DNA of 64,000 bases from an uncultured Actinomycetes bacterium (lineage in GTDB: Bacteria > Actinomycetota > Thermoleophilia > Solirubrobacterales > 70-9), in the NCBI GenBank assembly GCA_963760665.1, contig CAVXDS010000012.1, positions 2,952 to 66,951 of the forward strand. The letters are read 5' to 3'. Positions 20,724 to 29,801 of this stretch are shown here, piece by piece; the stretch's first letter is position 1, and each line of letters begins with the position of its first letter. The notes beneath the pieces are model-generated. The model was not told the origin of the DNA and did not search any database. It saw only the letters and a list, made by a program, of their open reading frames with translations. A program made the position numbers and the translations under genes.

Positions 20724-21611
20724 GTGCTCGGGCTAATTGCCCGTTTCCTAGCCGCCTTCGTCCTGGCAGGGTCGGCGATCCTGAAGCTCGCGAGCCCTGG
20801 CTCGAGCCGCGCGGCGCTGGCCACGTTCGAGGTCGAGGACGAGCGGCTGCGCTGGATCGGCTGGGCGATCCTCGTCGCCACGGAGCTCGGCCTGGCGATC
20901 GGAATCGCGGCGGGAAGCGACGGGGCCGCCTGGCTCGCCGCCGGGCTGATGGCCATGTTTGCCGCGGCGCTCGTCGGCGCGATCCTTCGCGGGCGAGCCG
21001 GGGCGCCCTGCGCGTGCTTCGGCTCCCGCTCCACGGTCGGCTGGACCTCCGTCGTCCGAAACCTGGCTCTGGCAGCGGGCTTCGCCGCCCTCCCGCTGCT
21101 GCCGGAGCGGAGCCTGTCGACCGATCAGTGGCTGGGCCTCGGGCTGGCGGTGGCCCTGCTCATGTGCCTGGGCCTCGCGGTGGCCGTCCTGGCGCTGGCC
21201 CGCGAGGTGGGGATGCTCCGGCTGCGGCTGGGCCCCGCGGCGGCGCTCGAGATTCCCGAGGAGGGCCCCGAGCTCGGCGAGAGGGTGGAGGCGATCGAGC
21301 GCTTCGCGCGCCCCGCGGACGCGTCGCTCGCCCTGGCCGTCTTCACCTCGGAGGGCTGTCGCGTCTGCCGAGGGCTCGAGCCCGCGGTCGCCGCGCTGGC
21401 CAACCACCCGGCGGTCGCGATCCAGGCGTTCGACGAGGTCGCAGACCACGACGTGTGGTCCGAGCTTCGGATCCCGGGCAGCCCGTTCGCGATCGCGCTC
21501 GATCCGGGCGGCACCGTGCTCGCCAAGGGAACCTTCAACAACCTCGCCCAGCTCGAGAGCGTGCTCGCCACCGCCGAGCGGCGCCGTTCGGGCCTCGTCG
21601 TGGGGGGCTAG
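20724..21611 (+). CDS. MauE/DoxX-like membrane protein fused to a thioredoxin-like (MauD/TlpA-like, CxxC) domain
   Basis: N-terminal 4-TM region (ILKLASPGSSRAALATF...GAPCACFGS...) typical of MauE. C-terminal VFTSEGCRVCRGLEP... is a thioredoxin fold with CRVC. Confidence 0.7.
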   Translation: MLGLIARFLAAFVLAGSAILKLASPGSSRAALATFEVEDERLRWIGWAILVATELGLAIGIAAGSDGAAWLAAGLMAMFAAALVGAILRGRAGAPCACFGSRSTVGWTSVVRNLALAAGFAALPLLPERSLSTDQWLGLGLAVALLMCLGLAVAVLALAREVGMLRLRLGPAAALEIPEEGPELGERVEAIERFARPADASLALAVFTSEGCRVCRGLEPAVAALANHPAVAIQAFDEVADHDVWSELRIPGSPFAIALDPGGTVLAKGTFNNLAQLESVLATAERRRSGLVVGG

Positions 21612-21614
21612 CCG

Positions 21615-22196
21615 GTGGCCGAGCGAGACCGGATCGGTGAGGCGCTCGAGTCGCTGGCCGGCGACACCTCGCGTCGCGGGTTCTTGGCGCGCGTCGGCTC
21701 CGGGCTGCTTGCGGCGACCGTCGGCGGGGTCGTCGCCAAGGCCGTGAAGCCCGGGGAGGCGGAGGCGTTTCATTTCTGCGGCCATACGTTCACGACCGGC
21801 TCCTGCATCCACCCGCTCGGCCTCCCGCGGGTCGACGCGCGCGGCTTCCCGGTCCGTCCCAGCGATGGCAAGCCGGTCGACAACATCGGGCGGCTCGTAA
21901 ACGCCAAGGGTTCGCCGATCTCCGACGACGGTGACCGCAAGCGGGACCCGGATGGGCTGCCACTCCCCCCGGCCCCGCGAACCAAGGTCTGCGACCAGAC
22001 TGCTAAGACCTACGGATTCGAGGCTCATCTTCAGGGCGCCTGGTATCGGTGCTGCGGTGGGACCGTCCGCAAGCTCTGGGACTGCTGCGGCCATCACCAC
22101 CAGCGGATCAACGGCGACGCCGCCCTGCATGGCTACTGCTACGCCGGCCGCAACGTTTTCTGCGTCACCTACTACCAGACCCACGTTCCATGCTGA
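21615..22196 (+). CDS. methylamine dehydrogenase light chain (MauA)-like Cys-rich Tat-exported protein
   Basis: Twin-arginine signal SRRGFLARVGSG. 10 Cys in the mature part. WYRCCGG and WDCCGHH resemble the MauA YRDCCG region, and GYCYAGRNVFCVTYY is also MauA-like. Confidence 0.6.
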   Translation: MAERDRIGEALESLAGDTSRRGFLARVGSGLLAATVGGVVAKAVKPGEAEAFHFCGHTFTTGSCIHPLGLPRVDARGFPVRPSDGKPVDNIGRLVNAKGSPISDDGDRKRDPDGLPLPPAPRTKVCDQTAKTYGFEAHLQGAWYRCCGGTVRKLWDCCGHHHQRINGDAALHGYCYAGRNVFCVTYYQTHVPC

Positions 22197-22236
22197 GCGG
22201 AAAGGCCAGAGGACCGAGCAGGATGGTGAATCGACC

Positions 22237-23676
22237 TTGAGCCTCCTCGAGCTGAGCCTCGCCTTTGCCGCCGTCCTGATCGGCCTCACCGGAGCCTGGT
22301 CCCCCTGCGGGTTCTCGATGGTGGAGACGATCGGGCTTGCCGGCGACGGTGGAAGGCGCTGGACCACGATCGGCGCCTGCGTCACCTTCCTCGTGGGCGC
22401 TCTGCTCGGCGGGGTGGTCACGTTCGGCTCCCTGTCGGTGCTCGGCGAGGCGATCCACGGGGCTGGTGGCCGGCTCGCCTATGCGGTGGCGGCCGCAATA
22501 GCGGTCGCGGCCGCCGCCGCCGACGCCCGCGGGATGCGGATCGTGCCGCAGATCCGCAGGCAGCTCCCGCAGGCGTGGCGCTGGACCATGCCGCTGCCGC
22601 TCGCGTCCGCGCTCTACGGGGTCCTGCTTGGGCTCGGATTCACGACCTTCGTGCTCAGCTTCGGAGTCTGGGCGTTGGCGGGGATCAGCGTTGCCCTCGG
22701 CGACCCCGGCGCAGGCGTCGTGATCGGCGCGGCGTTCGGGATCGGCCGGGCGATCCCGGTCTTGGCGGTCGCCCCGGTCGTGGATAGCGCGCTCGGGATC
22801 AGGTGCGTCGAGCTGATGGCCGAGCGGCCGGCGCTCTACCGGATCTTCCGGCTGGGGGACGCGCTCACCCTCGGCCTCGTCGCCGCGGCCCTGGCCACGA
22901 GCACCGCGACGGCAGCGCGGACCGAGGTGGGAAGCGGCGCGGATCCCTCGGCGACCGGCAAGGCGCTGGCCTTCCAGCGCCCGGATCGCGCCGGGGTTCT
23001 GCGGTTCCGCGGCCAGATCCATGAGCTGCCCGGGCGCGACCCGGCGGTTGGCGGACCGTACGCGGCCGTGATCTCCGGCGGAGACCAGATCCAGATCCTG
23101 AACCGGTACAACCGCGATCCGATCGGCTCGGTCCCCGCGCCTCACGCCCAGGCGCTGGCGATCTCGCGGGGCTGGCTCGTCTACCTGACGGTGGACGGCG
23201 ACCGAAATGCGCTCCGGGCGCGGCGGCTGGAGCATCCCGCCGATCCCGGCAAGGTGAGGGGCGTCGCCTCCGTGTCGCGGCCGGTCCAGCTCGGTCACCC
23301 GAGCCTCGACGGTGGCCGGCTCGTCTATGCGGTCTCGAAGCGTCGCGGAAACTCGATCAGGCGGCGTAACCTGAGCTCGGGAAGGGGGGGAACGGTGCTC
23401 CGGTCGCGAAGTGCCGAGCTCCTGAATCCCTCCGTGAACGGCAAGCGCCTGCTCTACGTTCGCGTCGACCGTGCCCGCCAAAGCCCCCAGAAGACGACTC
23501 CGCCAAAGCTCCGCCAACGCCTGATGCTGAAGCGCCTGGGCGGTCATGGGCCCGGTCACAGGATCTACTCGCACGGCCCGGACCGCAAGCTGTGGTCGAC
23601 CGCGCTGTCGGGCAGGCGAGGCTTCGTCACTCTGCTCGGCCACCGTGGACCGAGGATCGTCTCGGCCCACCGCTAG
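22237..23676 (+). CDS. membrane protein with a CcdA/DsbD-like N-terminal TM domain and a C-terminal beta-propeller-like (TolB-like) domain
   Basis: Start TTG 22237 is the only start codon after the MauA-like stop in this frame, with a GGAxGG-like RBS upstream. It has TGAWSPCGFSM in TM1 and multiple TM helices. The ~300-aa soluble part carries repeated ...G..LVY... strands. Confidence 0.55.
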   Translation: MSLLELSLAFAAVLIGLTGAWSPCGFSMVETIGLAGDGGRRWTTIGACVTFLVGALLGGVVTFGSLSVLGEAIHGAGGRLAYAVAAAIAVAAAAADARGMRIVPQIRRQLPQAWRWTMPLPLASALYGVLLGLGFTTFVLSFGVWALAGISVALGDPGAGVVIGAAFGIGRAIPVLAVAPVVDSALGIRCVELMAERPALYRIFRLGDALTLGLVAAALATSTATAARTEVGSGADPSATGKALAFQRPDRAGVLRFRGQIHELPGRDPAVGGPYAAVISGGDQIQILNRYNRDPIGSVPAPHAQALAISRGWLVYLTVDGDRNALRARRLEHPADPGKVRGVASVSRPVQLGHPSLDGGRLVYAVSKRRGNSIRRRNLSSGRGGTVLRSRSAELLNPSVNGKRLLYVRVDRARQSPQKTTPPKLRQRLMLKRLGGHGPGHRIYSHGPDRKLWSTALSGRRGFVTLLGHRGPRIVSAHR

Positions 23677-23689
23677 CCAACGGCCCCTC

Positions 23690-24379
23690 CTACGGCGCCG
23701 CCAGGACCTGCGGCGGGATGTTTCCGACCCCGATCGCGCGGTAGAGCGTTGCGCTCGGCTTCGCGATCAGCCATGCCTCGCCCTGCTTGCGGAGGTAGAT
23801 GACGTCGTCCTCGACCGAGGGCTCGCGGTTGTCGGCGAATCGGGTCACCGTGGTCGCGGTGACCCGCGCCGCGGAGCCCTCGACGGCGACCGCCGGAATT
23901 CGCGCCACCCGCGAGCTTTGAAAGACGGGAAAGCCGCGCGGGTCCCTGTATCCGATCGAGGCCGACAGCGAGCCCCCGCAGGTGCCGCGATCGCGGGGGA
24001 ATTGGACCTCGGAAAGGACGCCCGGGATGAACAGCCCACAGGCTCGCGCGCCGTCGCGCGCGTCGAGCGCCCCGATGTAGGCGCGAACGACCCGCGCGAC
24101 CTGGCGCTGACCGGGGTCAAGGCGCGGCGACCTGGACTCCCGCACCGCTTGGTGGATCTCACGGTGCGTACTCGGGTGATGGGTGGTCTGGTGGGTGGTC
24201 TGGTGTGGCGCTCGCGACCTCGTGGTGGTCGTCTGGGCGGGCGCCGGCGAGGCTGGCGACTCGCCCACGGGCTGGCCGCCGTTGTCGCTCCCGTCGTCGC
24301 CGGAGATCAGCAGCACCCCGGCCGCGGTGGCCAGGGCGGCGACCAGCAGAACACCAGCCGTTGGCGCGAACCTCCTCAC
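23690..24379 (-). CDS. hypothetical membrane-anchored/secreted protein
   Basis: 229 aa. N-terminal TM/signal segment (GVLLVAALATAAGVLLI), a low-complexity linker with HQTTHQTTH, then a globular C-terminal domain. Confidence 0.55.
   Translation of the reverse strand: MRRFAPTAGVLLVAALATAAGVLLISGDDGSDNGGQPVGESPASPAPAQTTTTRSRAPHQTTHQTTHHPSTHREIHQAVRESRSPRLDPGQRQVARVVRAYIGALDARDGARACGLFIPGVLSEVQFPRDRGTCGGSLSASIGYRDPRGFPVFQSSRVARIPAVAVEGSAARVTATTVTRFADNREPSVEDDVIYLRKQGEAWLIAKPSATLYRAIGVGNIPPQVLAAP
24181..24204. repeat. perfect 12-nt tandem duplication (gggtggtctggt x2) inside the CDS
   Basis: Read directly from the sequence. It encodes the HQTT-HQTT repeat of the minus-strand gene. Confidence 0.85.
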
Positions 24380-24412
24380 CGAACACCGTTATAGCGACGA
24401 GGGGCCGAGGGC

Positions 24413-24904
24413 TCAGCTCACCTCGCGTAGCTCCCCGGTCTCGACGGAATAGACGAAGCCACGGACGCTGTCGGTGCGCGGGATGAACGGGCTGTCCTTG
24501 ATCCGCTTGATCGAGTCGCGGACGTCTTGGTCGAGGTCACCGAACGAGCGCGCATCCCACTGGGGCCGCTGGCCCGTTTCCCCTTCGAGCTTGCCGGCGA
24601 ACTCCTGATCGTTGAAGGTCAGCATTCCGCAGTCGGTGTGATGGATCAGCATGATCTCCTCGGTGCCGAGCAGGTGCTGGGAGATCGCCAGCGAGCGGAT
24701 CTCATCGTCGGTGATCACGCCGCCGGCATTGCGGATCACGTGGGCATCGCCCAACTCGAGCCCCAGGATCGGATAGGGGTTGAGTCGGGCGTCCATGCAC
24801 GCCACGATGGCGATCTTCCTTGCGGGAGGCAGCGGCAGGTCGCCCTTGTCGAAGCTCTGCGCAAAGCTCTCGTTGTTCTTCAGCAGGTCGTCGGTCGTGC
24901 TCAC
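24413..24904 (-). CDS. beta-class carbonic anhydrase
   Basis: Zinc ligand motifs CMDARL and HTDCGM. 163 aa. Confidence 0.88.
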   Translation of the reverse strand: MSTTDDLLKNNESFAQSFDKGDLPLPPARKIAIVACMDARLNPYPILGLELGDAHVIRNAGGVITDDEIRSLAISQHLLGTEEIMLIHHTDCGMLTFNDQEFAGKLEGETGQRPQWDARSFGDLDQDVRDSIKRIKDSPFIPRTDSVRGFVYSVETGELREVS

Positions 24905-25078
24905 AGCTTTTCCTCCTCCGTCGGTGATGGTCGCTTTGGTAGGTAGTTAAGTCGATCGGGCTTGCCGGCTTTGGCAAGGCGATACGGCGGACTGGAGTTG
25001 AGGCCCACCGAACCCCGCTTGCTCCGAGAATCCGCGCGGACGGTTCCGTCCAGGTCCGCTCATAGTCTCGGCACGAGA

Positions 25079-26032
25079 ATGGCCTCCGCCGCTAACCTCG
25101 CCAACGTGACCCACCTGACGCCCGTTCCGGATCCCAAGCCACCCCCGAAGTTGGCGGAGCGGGTCGAGGCGCAGCCCTCGATCGCAGAGCTCGAGCGCTG
25201 GGCAACCGTGCTGCGTCTCGATTGCGTCCGGATGCTCGCGGTGGCCAAGTCGGGCCACCTCGACTCATCGCTCTCGGCCGCGGACGTCGTCACCGCGCTC
25301 TACTACCGGGTGCTCCGCCACGACCCCGACAACCCGGAATGGCCGGCGCGCGACCGGTTCGTGCTCTGCAAGGGCCACGCCGCGCCGATCCAGTACTCGG
25401 CGCTCGCTCAACACGGCTACTTCCCGCTCCAGGACCTGATGGGGCTGCGGCAGATCGGCGCCCAGCTCCAGGGGCATCCGGACATGCGCCGCACCTCCGG
25501 GGTCGAGGTCTCCACCGGGTCGCTCGGGCAGGGCCTGTCGATGTGCATCGGGATCTGCCTGGCGCTGCGCCTCGACGGCATCGCAGACACCGCCCATGTG
25601 TTCGGGGTGCTGTCCGACGGCGACTGCCAGGAGGGACAGACTTGGGAGGCGGCGACCTCCGCGGTTCATTTCGGGATCCCCAACCTGACGGCGATCGTCG
25701 ACTACAACCACCTGCAGACCGACGGAACCACCGAGGAGATCATGGACGTCGGCGACGTGCGGGCCAAGTTCGAGGCCTTCGGCTGGGACGCGATCGAGAT
25801 CGACGGCCATGACATGGAGCAGGTCGTCGAGTCGCTGGAGCGCAGCCGCACGCTGCGAAAGCCCGCCGCGATCGTCGCTCAGACCAAGAAGGGCAAGGGG
25901 GTCTCCTCGATGGAGGACCGCTTCGGCTTCCACGGCAAGCCTCCCAGCCAAGAGCAGGCCGCCGAGGCGCTGGAGGAGCTGATGGCGAGGCTCGACGAGC
26001 AAACCAAGGCTCTCCACGACGGGCAGGCGTAG
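25079..26032 (+). CDS. transketolase, N-terminal subunit (split type)
   Basis: SGHLDSSLSAADVVTALYY, GSLGQGLSM, and the ThDP-binding LSDGDCQEGQTWEA..NL. ATG 25079 is preferred over the upstream GTG 24962. Confidence 0.88.
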   Translation: MASAANLANVTHLTPVPDPKPPPKLAERVEAQPSIAELERWATVLRLDCVRMLAVAKSGHLDSSLSAADVVTALYYRVLRHDPDNPEWPARDRFVLCKGHAAPIQYSALAQHGYFPLQDLMGLRQIGAQLQGHPDMRRTSGVEVSTGSLGQGLSMCIGICLALRLDGIADTAHVFGVLSDGDCQEGQTWEAATSAVHFGIPNLTAIVDYNHLQTDGTTEEIMDVGDVRAKFEAFGWDAIEIDGHDMEQVVESLERSRTLRKPAAIVAQTKKGKGVSSMEDRFGFHGKPPSQEQAAEALEELMARLDEQTKALHDGQA

Positions 26033-26034
26033 CG

Positions 26035-27033
26035 ATGCCTGCGGAGGCCAAGAGCGAGCCGATCGCGACCCGCCACGCCTACGGCGACGCGCTTGCCGAG
26101 CTGGGCGAGCTGCACGAGGACGTAGTCGCGCTCGATGCCGACCTCGCCGTTTCCACCCAGTCGATCAAGTTCGGCAAGCGCTTCCCCGAGCGCTTCTTCA
26201 ACGTCGGCGCGGCGGAGGCGAACATGATGTCGATGGCATGCGGCCTAGCGGCGACCGGCAAGGTGCCCTATTGCTCGACCTTCGCGATCTTCGCCGCCGG
26301 GCGCGCCTATGACCAGGTCCGCCTGGGCATCGCCCACAACGAGCTCAAGATCCGAATCGGCGCCTCACACGGCGGAGTTTCGCTCGGCGAGGACGGCGCC
26401 TCGCATCAGATGATCGAGGACCTCGCCCTGATGCGGGCGATGCCCCGGATGTCCGTGGTCGTCCCCGCCGATTACAACCAGGCCTACCGGGCGACGCTCG
26501 AGTCGTACGAGCGCGACGAGCCGATGTACATGCGGTTTGGCCGTCCGGCGACGCCGATCGTCTACGAGGACATCCCCGAGAGCCTCGACGGCGGCGTCGA
26601 CGTGCTGCGGGAGGGCAAGGACATCTCGCTGATCGCCACCGGCCACATGGTCTGGCGGGCGATGGAGGCGGCCGAGTCGCTCGAGCACGAGGACGGGGTC
26701 GAGGCCGAGGTCATCAACGTCTCGATCATCAAGCCCCTGCAGTCGGAGGCCGTCCTCGAGTCGCTTTCGAAGACCGGCGTCGCGGTCACTGCGGAGGAGC
26801 ATCGCGTGGTCGGCGGCTTGGCGGACGCGGTTCGCCAACTGGCAGCCGAGCAGCACCCGGTGCCGATCTTCGCGGTCGGGATGGGCGACGAGTTCGGCAT
26901 CTCGGGCACCGGCGAGGCCTGCATGGAGCACTTCGGCCTGACGGCCCGCGGGATCGCCGATCGGGCTCGCGAGGCGCTCGTCCTGAAGCCGATCGTCTCG
27001 CGCCCGCCGCTCTTCGGGCCCCAGTGGATCTAA
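26035..27033 (+). CDS. transketolase, C-terminal (pyrimidine-binding) subunit
   Basis: FFNVGAAEANMMSMACGLA, GASHQMIEDLALMR. It immediately follows the N-terminal subunit. Confidence 0.9.
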   Translation: MPAEAKSEPIATRHAYGDALAELGELHEDVVALDADLAVSTQSIKFGKRFPERFFNVGAAEANMMSMACGLAATGKVPYCSTFAIFAAGRAYDQVRLGIAHNELKIRIGASHGGVSLGEDGASHQMIEDLALMRAMPRMSVVVPADYNQAYRATLESYERDEPMYMRFGRPATPIVYEDIPESLDGGVDVLREGKDISLIATGHMVWRAMEAAESLEHEDGVEAEVINVSIIKPLQSEAVLESLSKTGVAVTAEEHRVVGGLADAVRQLAAEQHPVPIFAVGMGDEFGISGTGEACMEHFGLTARGIADRAREALVLKPIVSRPPLFGPQWI

Positions 27034-27050
27034 GAACCTGAGCCCTCGGC

Positions 27051-27881
27051 TCAAAACCGCCTGGGCAGCCTCGGCAGGCCTCGCAGGAGGCGGCCCGCCA
27101 CGCCCTTGAGCGTCCGTTTGCCATAGGAGTGGCTCGGGTCGAATTCGGTCAGGATCGCGACCGCGATGCGCCGGCCGTGCTCCTCCAGGAAGGCGACCTG
27201 GTGGTCGACGCGGCCGGTGCCGGTCCCCCAGCCGCCCTTGAAGTAGAGCTTCCAGCCCTTTGGCTCCACCTCGGCGATGCCCCAGCGCTGCGACGGGACG
27301 ATGCTGGAGAGCAGATGGCGGGCGTAGGGGCGGTGGCGCTTCGGGATGTAGCGCCCGAGGTGGTACATGAAGCGCACCTGGTCGCGGGCGCTGGTCCTGC
27401 TCAGGCCCCACACCTGGTCGTAGCTGAAGTCGCGCATGCCCGCGTCGCGGGCCACCCGTTCGATCGCGTCGCGGCCGACGATGTCCCTGACTCGCGTCGC
27501 CGCGACGTTGTCCGAGCGCCGGATCATGGGGTCCAGCAGGCTGCGATCGGCGGGGCGCAGACCGCGATGACGGACCGAGGCCTGGCGCAGGTAGGCCGCC
27601 AGGAACATCACCTTGATCACGCTGGCGGTGGGTGCGGTGCCGCTGGCGTGGAAGGAGCGCATGCGCCCGTCGAGATCGATCACCGCGAAGCTGACCTCGC
27701 CCGCGCGGCGCATTGCGTAGCGCTTCGCGCTGTGAATGGCGGGCTGCCAGCCGGCGCCGCCCCCGTTCGGAGGCCCGATCGCCGCGGTCTCGCGCGGATC
27801 GCCACCGGAGCCCATCGCCGCGGCAGCGAAGCCGATCCCCGCTGTGAGGACGACGAGCGCCACCGCGAGCGTCCTTCGCAT
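27051..27881 (-). CDS. class A beta-lactamase-related serine hydrolase (secreted)
   Basis: Signal peptide. SxxK (SVIK), SDN (RSDN) and KGG (FKGGWG) motifs appear in the expected order. Confidence 0.7.
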   Translation of the reverse strand: MRRTLAVALVVLTAGIGFAAAAMGSGGDPRETAAIGPPNGGGAGWQPAIHSAKRYAMRRAGEVSFAVIDLDGRMRSFHASGTAPTASVIKVMFLAAYLRQASVRHRGLRPADRSLLDPMIRRSDNVAATRVRDIVGRDAIERVARDAGMRDFSYDQVWGLSRTSARDQVRFMYHLGRYIPKRHRPYARHLLSSIVPSQRWGIAEVEPKGWKLYFKGGWGTGTGRVDHQVAFLEEHGRRIAVAILTEFDPSHSYGKRTLKGVAGRLLRGLPRLPRRF

Positions 27882-27957
27882 CGGGATTAGGATAAGACGA
27901 AGTGGGATCGCCCTTGTCTACTGCCTGAGTCCGAGGGATCAGCGGGGAGCGAGAAGC

Positions 27958-28710
27958 TTGCGACGAACGGTCGGATTCCTGGGCGTCGTGCTGGCCGCCT
28001 GCGTGTGCACGCCGGCGCTCGGTGCACCGAGCGGTCGCGTCGCCGCGAGGGCCAGGCCGCACACGGTCTCCTACCACGAGCCGGTCAAGATCAGCGGCCA
28101 TGCCACCCGCAGTCGCGGTGTCCCTGTGATGCTCGCCGCGGACCGATTCCCGTTCGCAAGCGGCCCCGCCGAGGTCTCGCGACGGACAACCGGCCGGCGC
28201 GGCGCCTACTCGTTTCGGCGGCGCCCGAGCCACGCTACGCGCTATCGCGTCGCACTCGTCAACCATCCGTCGCAGGCGAGCCGGATCTTGAGCGTGTACG
28301 TCGAGCCCCGTGTCTCGCGGCTGCGCTGCAACCTCTGCGGCGCTTCCTCGCACGGTCGCGGCAACCACACGCTTCGCTTCTCGTTTCGGCTCTCCTATCC
28401 GGCCGACACCTTCGGGACCGAGGCGCCGAAGCCCGTCTACTTCTATTACGGGCAGCGAAGCGGCTCCGCGGAGCCTCCCAAGCGCCTCTACCTCGCCGAG
28501 ACGGTCGAGCAGCGGGCACTGGACCGTCACCGCACGGCGGTGGCGATCACCCACCGCGTCCGCCTGCCCCGCCTCTATCGCTTCGCGCTCGTGGCGTGCA
28601 CCCGGACGAGCGAGCGTGTGGACGGGCTGGGGCTGCCGGGCGCGCCAGGCTCGCGCGGCTGTGGCGATCGCACGATCAGCTACCGGCAGTCTCGGTTTTG
28701 GCTGGGCTAG
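27958..28710 (+). CDS. hypothetical secreted protein
   Basis: The TTG 27958 start gives LRRTVGFLGVVLAACVCTPALGAP (signal or lipobox-like). GC3-rich ORF. No family recognised. Confidence 0.5.
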   Translation: MRRTVGFLGVVLAACVCTPALGAPSGRVAARARPHTVSYHEPVKISGHATRSRGVPVMLAADRFPFASGPAEVSRRTTGRRGAYSFRRRPSHATRYRVALVNHPSQASRILSVYVEPRVSRLRCNLCGASSHGRGNHTLRFSFRLSYPADTFGTEAPKPVYFYYGQRSGSAEPPKRLYLAETVEQRALDRHRTAVAITHRVRLPRLYRFALVACTRTSERVDGLGLPGAPGSRGCGDRTISYRQSRFWLG

Positions 28711-28712
28711 GG

Positions 28713-28757
28713 ACAGGTGACAGGTCACAGGTGACAGGGCCTGTGCCTGTCGCCTGT
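28713..28757 (+). terminator. long hairpin built from heptad repeats: 4 direct xxACAGG units followed by 3 inverted CCTGTxx units
   Basis: gACAGGTGACAGGtCACAGGtgacagggCCTGTGCCTGTCGCCTGT. By hand it folds as 12 bp (one G-T), a 1-nt bulge, 6 bp and an 8-nt loop. It starts 3 nt after the stop at 28710 and is followed by gcgctcATTTc. Confidence 0.45.
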
Positions 28758-28864
28758 GGCGCTCATTTCGTGGTTCGCTACCCTTCCGCGAACGCTCTGC
28801 CGGGCTCGACGGCTGCAGGGGGCCGGCGCAGGATTGCGGCGAGCGTCGAAGAAACAGGCTTGGC

Positions 28865-29788
28865 ATGGCCTTGCTCAGAACACGCGCAAGACGGCGTGAC
28901 GGCGCCGTCCGGGATCAGCCGCCCCGCAGGGCGCGGAGGGGCGACGCGTCCTCCGAGCGCGCCGGGCCGCCGCCGCCGATCCTCGAGTTACGCGACGCCA
29001 CCGTTGTCTACCCCGGTGGCCACGTCGGAGTCGAGCGCGTTTCCTTTGCGCTTCGGCGGGGTGAGTTCGCGTTCGTCGTCGGGCCCACCGGTTGCGGCAA
29101 GTCGACCCTGATCAAGATGCTGATCCGCGAGGTGGAGCCGGCCAGCGGCGAGGTGCGGATCGCGGGCCGGGACATCAACCGCCTGCCGACCGGCCGCCTT
29201 CCCCATCTGCGCCGGCGCATCGGCACCGTGTTCCAGGACTTCAAGCTGCTCCCCAACCGCAGCGTCTACGACAACGTCGCCTACGCGCTTCAGGTGACCG
29301 GCGGTGGCCGGCGCGACATCCGGCACAAGGTCCCCGAGATCCTGCGCCTGGTTGGCCTGCAGGGCAAGGTCCACAACTACCCGGACCAGCTCTCGGGCGG
29401 GGAGCAGCAGCGCGTCTCGATCGCGCGAGCCTTCGTCAACCACCCCCCGCTTCTGCTCGCCGACGAGCCCACCGGGAACCTCGATCCCGAGACCTCGATC
29501 GGGATCATGCAGCTCCTGTACCGGATCAATCGCACCGGCACGACCGTGTTCGTCGCCACCCACGACCGCGAGATGGTGGACAAGATGCGCCGCAGGGTCT
29601 TGGCGCTGGACGAGGGACGGCTGGTGCGCGACGAGGCCACCGCCGGCTACGTCGACGAGTCGACCAGCGAGTTCGCCCTCCGCGTGCGCGCCGAGCTGGG
29701 GGTCGGCGAGGGCCATACGAATGGCGAGCCCAGCGAGCCGCTTGACGACCAGCCCGGCCAGCCGTACCGCCCCAGGGCGGGGTCTTAG
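28865..29788 (+). CDS. ftsE: cell division ATP-binding protein FtsE
   Basis: Walker [36 protein letters not shown]. The ~38-aa Arg-rich N-terminal extension is uncertain, since no alternative in-frame start was found. Confidence 0.88.
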   Translation: MALLRTRARRRDGAVRDQPPRRARRGDASSERAGPPPPILELRDATVVYPGGHVGVERVSFALRRGEFAFVVGPTGCGKSTLIKMLIREVEPASGEVRIAGRDINRLPTGRLPHLRRRIGTVFQDFKLLPNRSVYDNVAYALQVTGGGRRDIRHKVPEILRLVGLQGKVHNYPDQLSGGEQQRVSIARAFVNHPPLLLADEPTGNLDPETSIGIMQLLYRINRTGTTVFVATHDREMVDKMRRRVLALDEGRLVRDEATAGYVDESTSEFALRVRAELGVGEGHTNGEPSEPLDDQPGQPYRPRAGS

Positions 29789-29801
29789 GAAGGAGCCCAA
29801 C

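Noticed and set aside
21931-22236. Upstream start (21931) for the CcdA-like/propeller gene
   Set aside because: That segment overlaps the 3' half of the MauA-like gene in another frame and translates to low-complexity sequence. The first hydrophobic helix begins right after TTG 22237.
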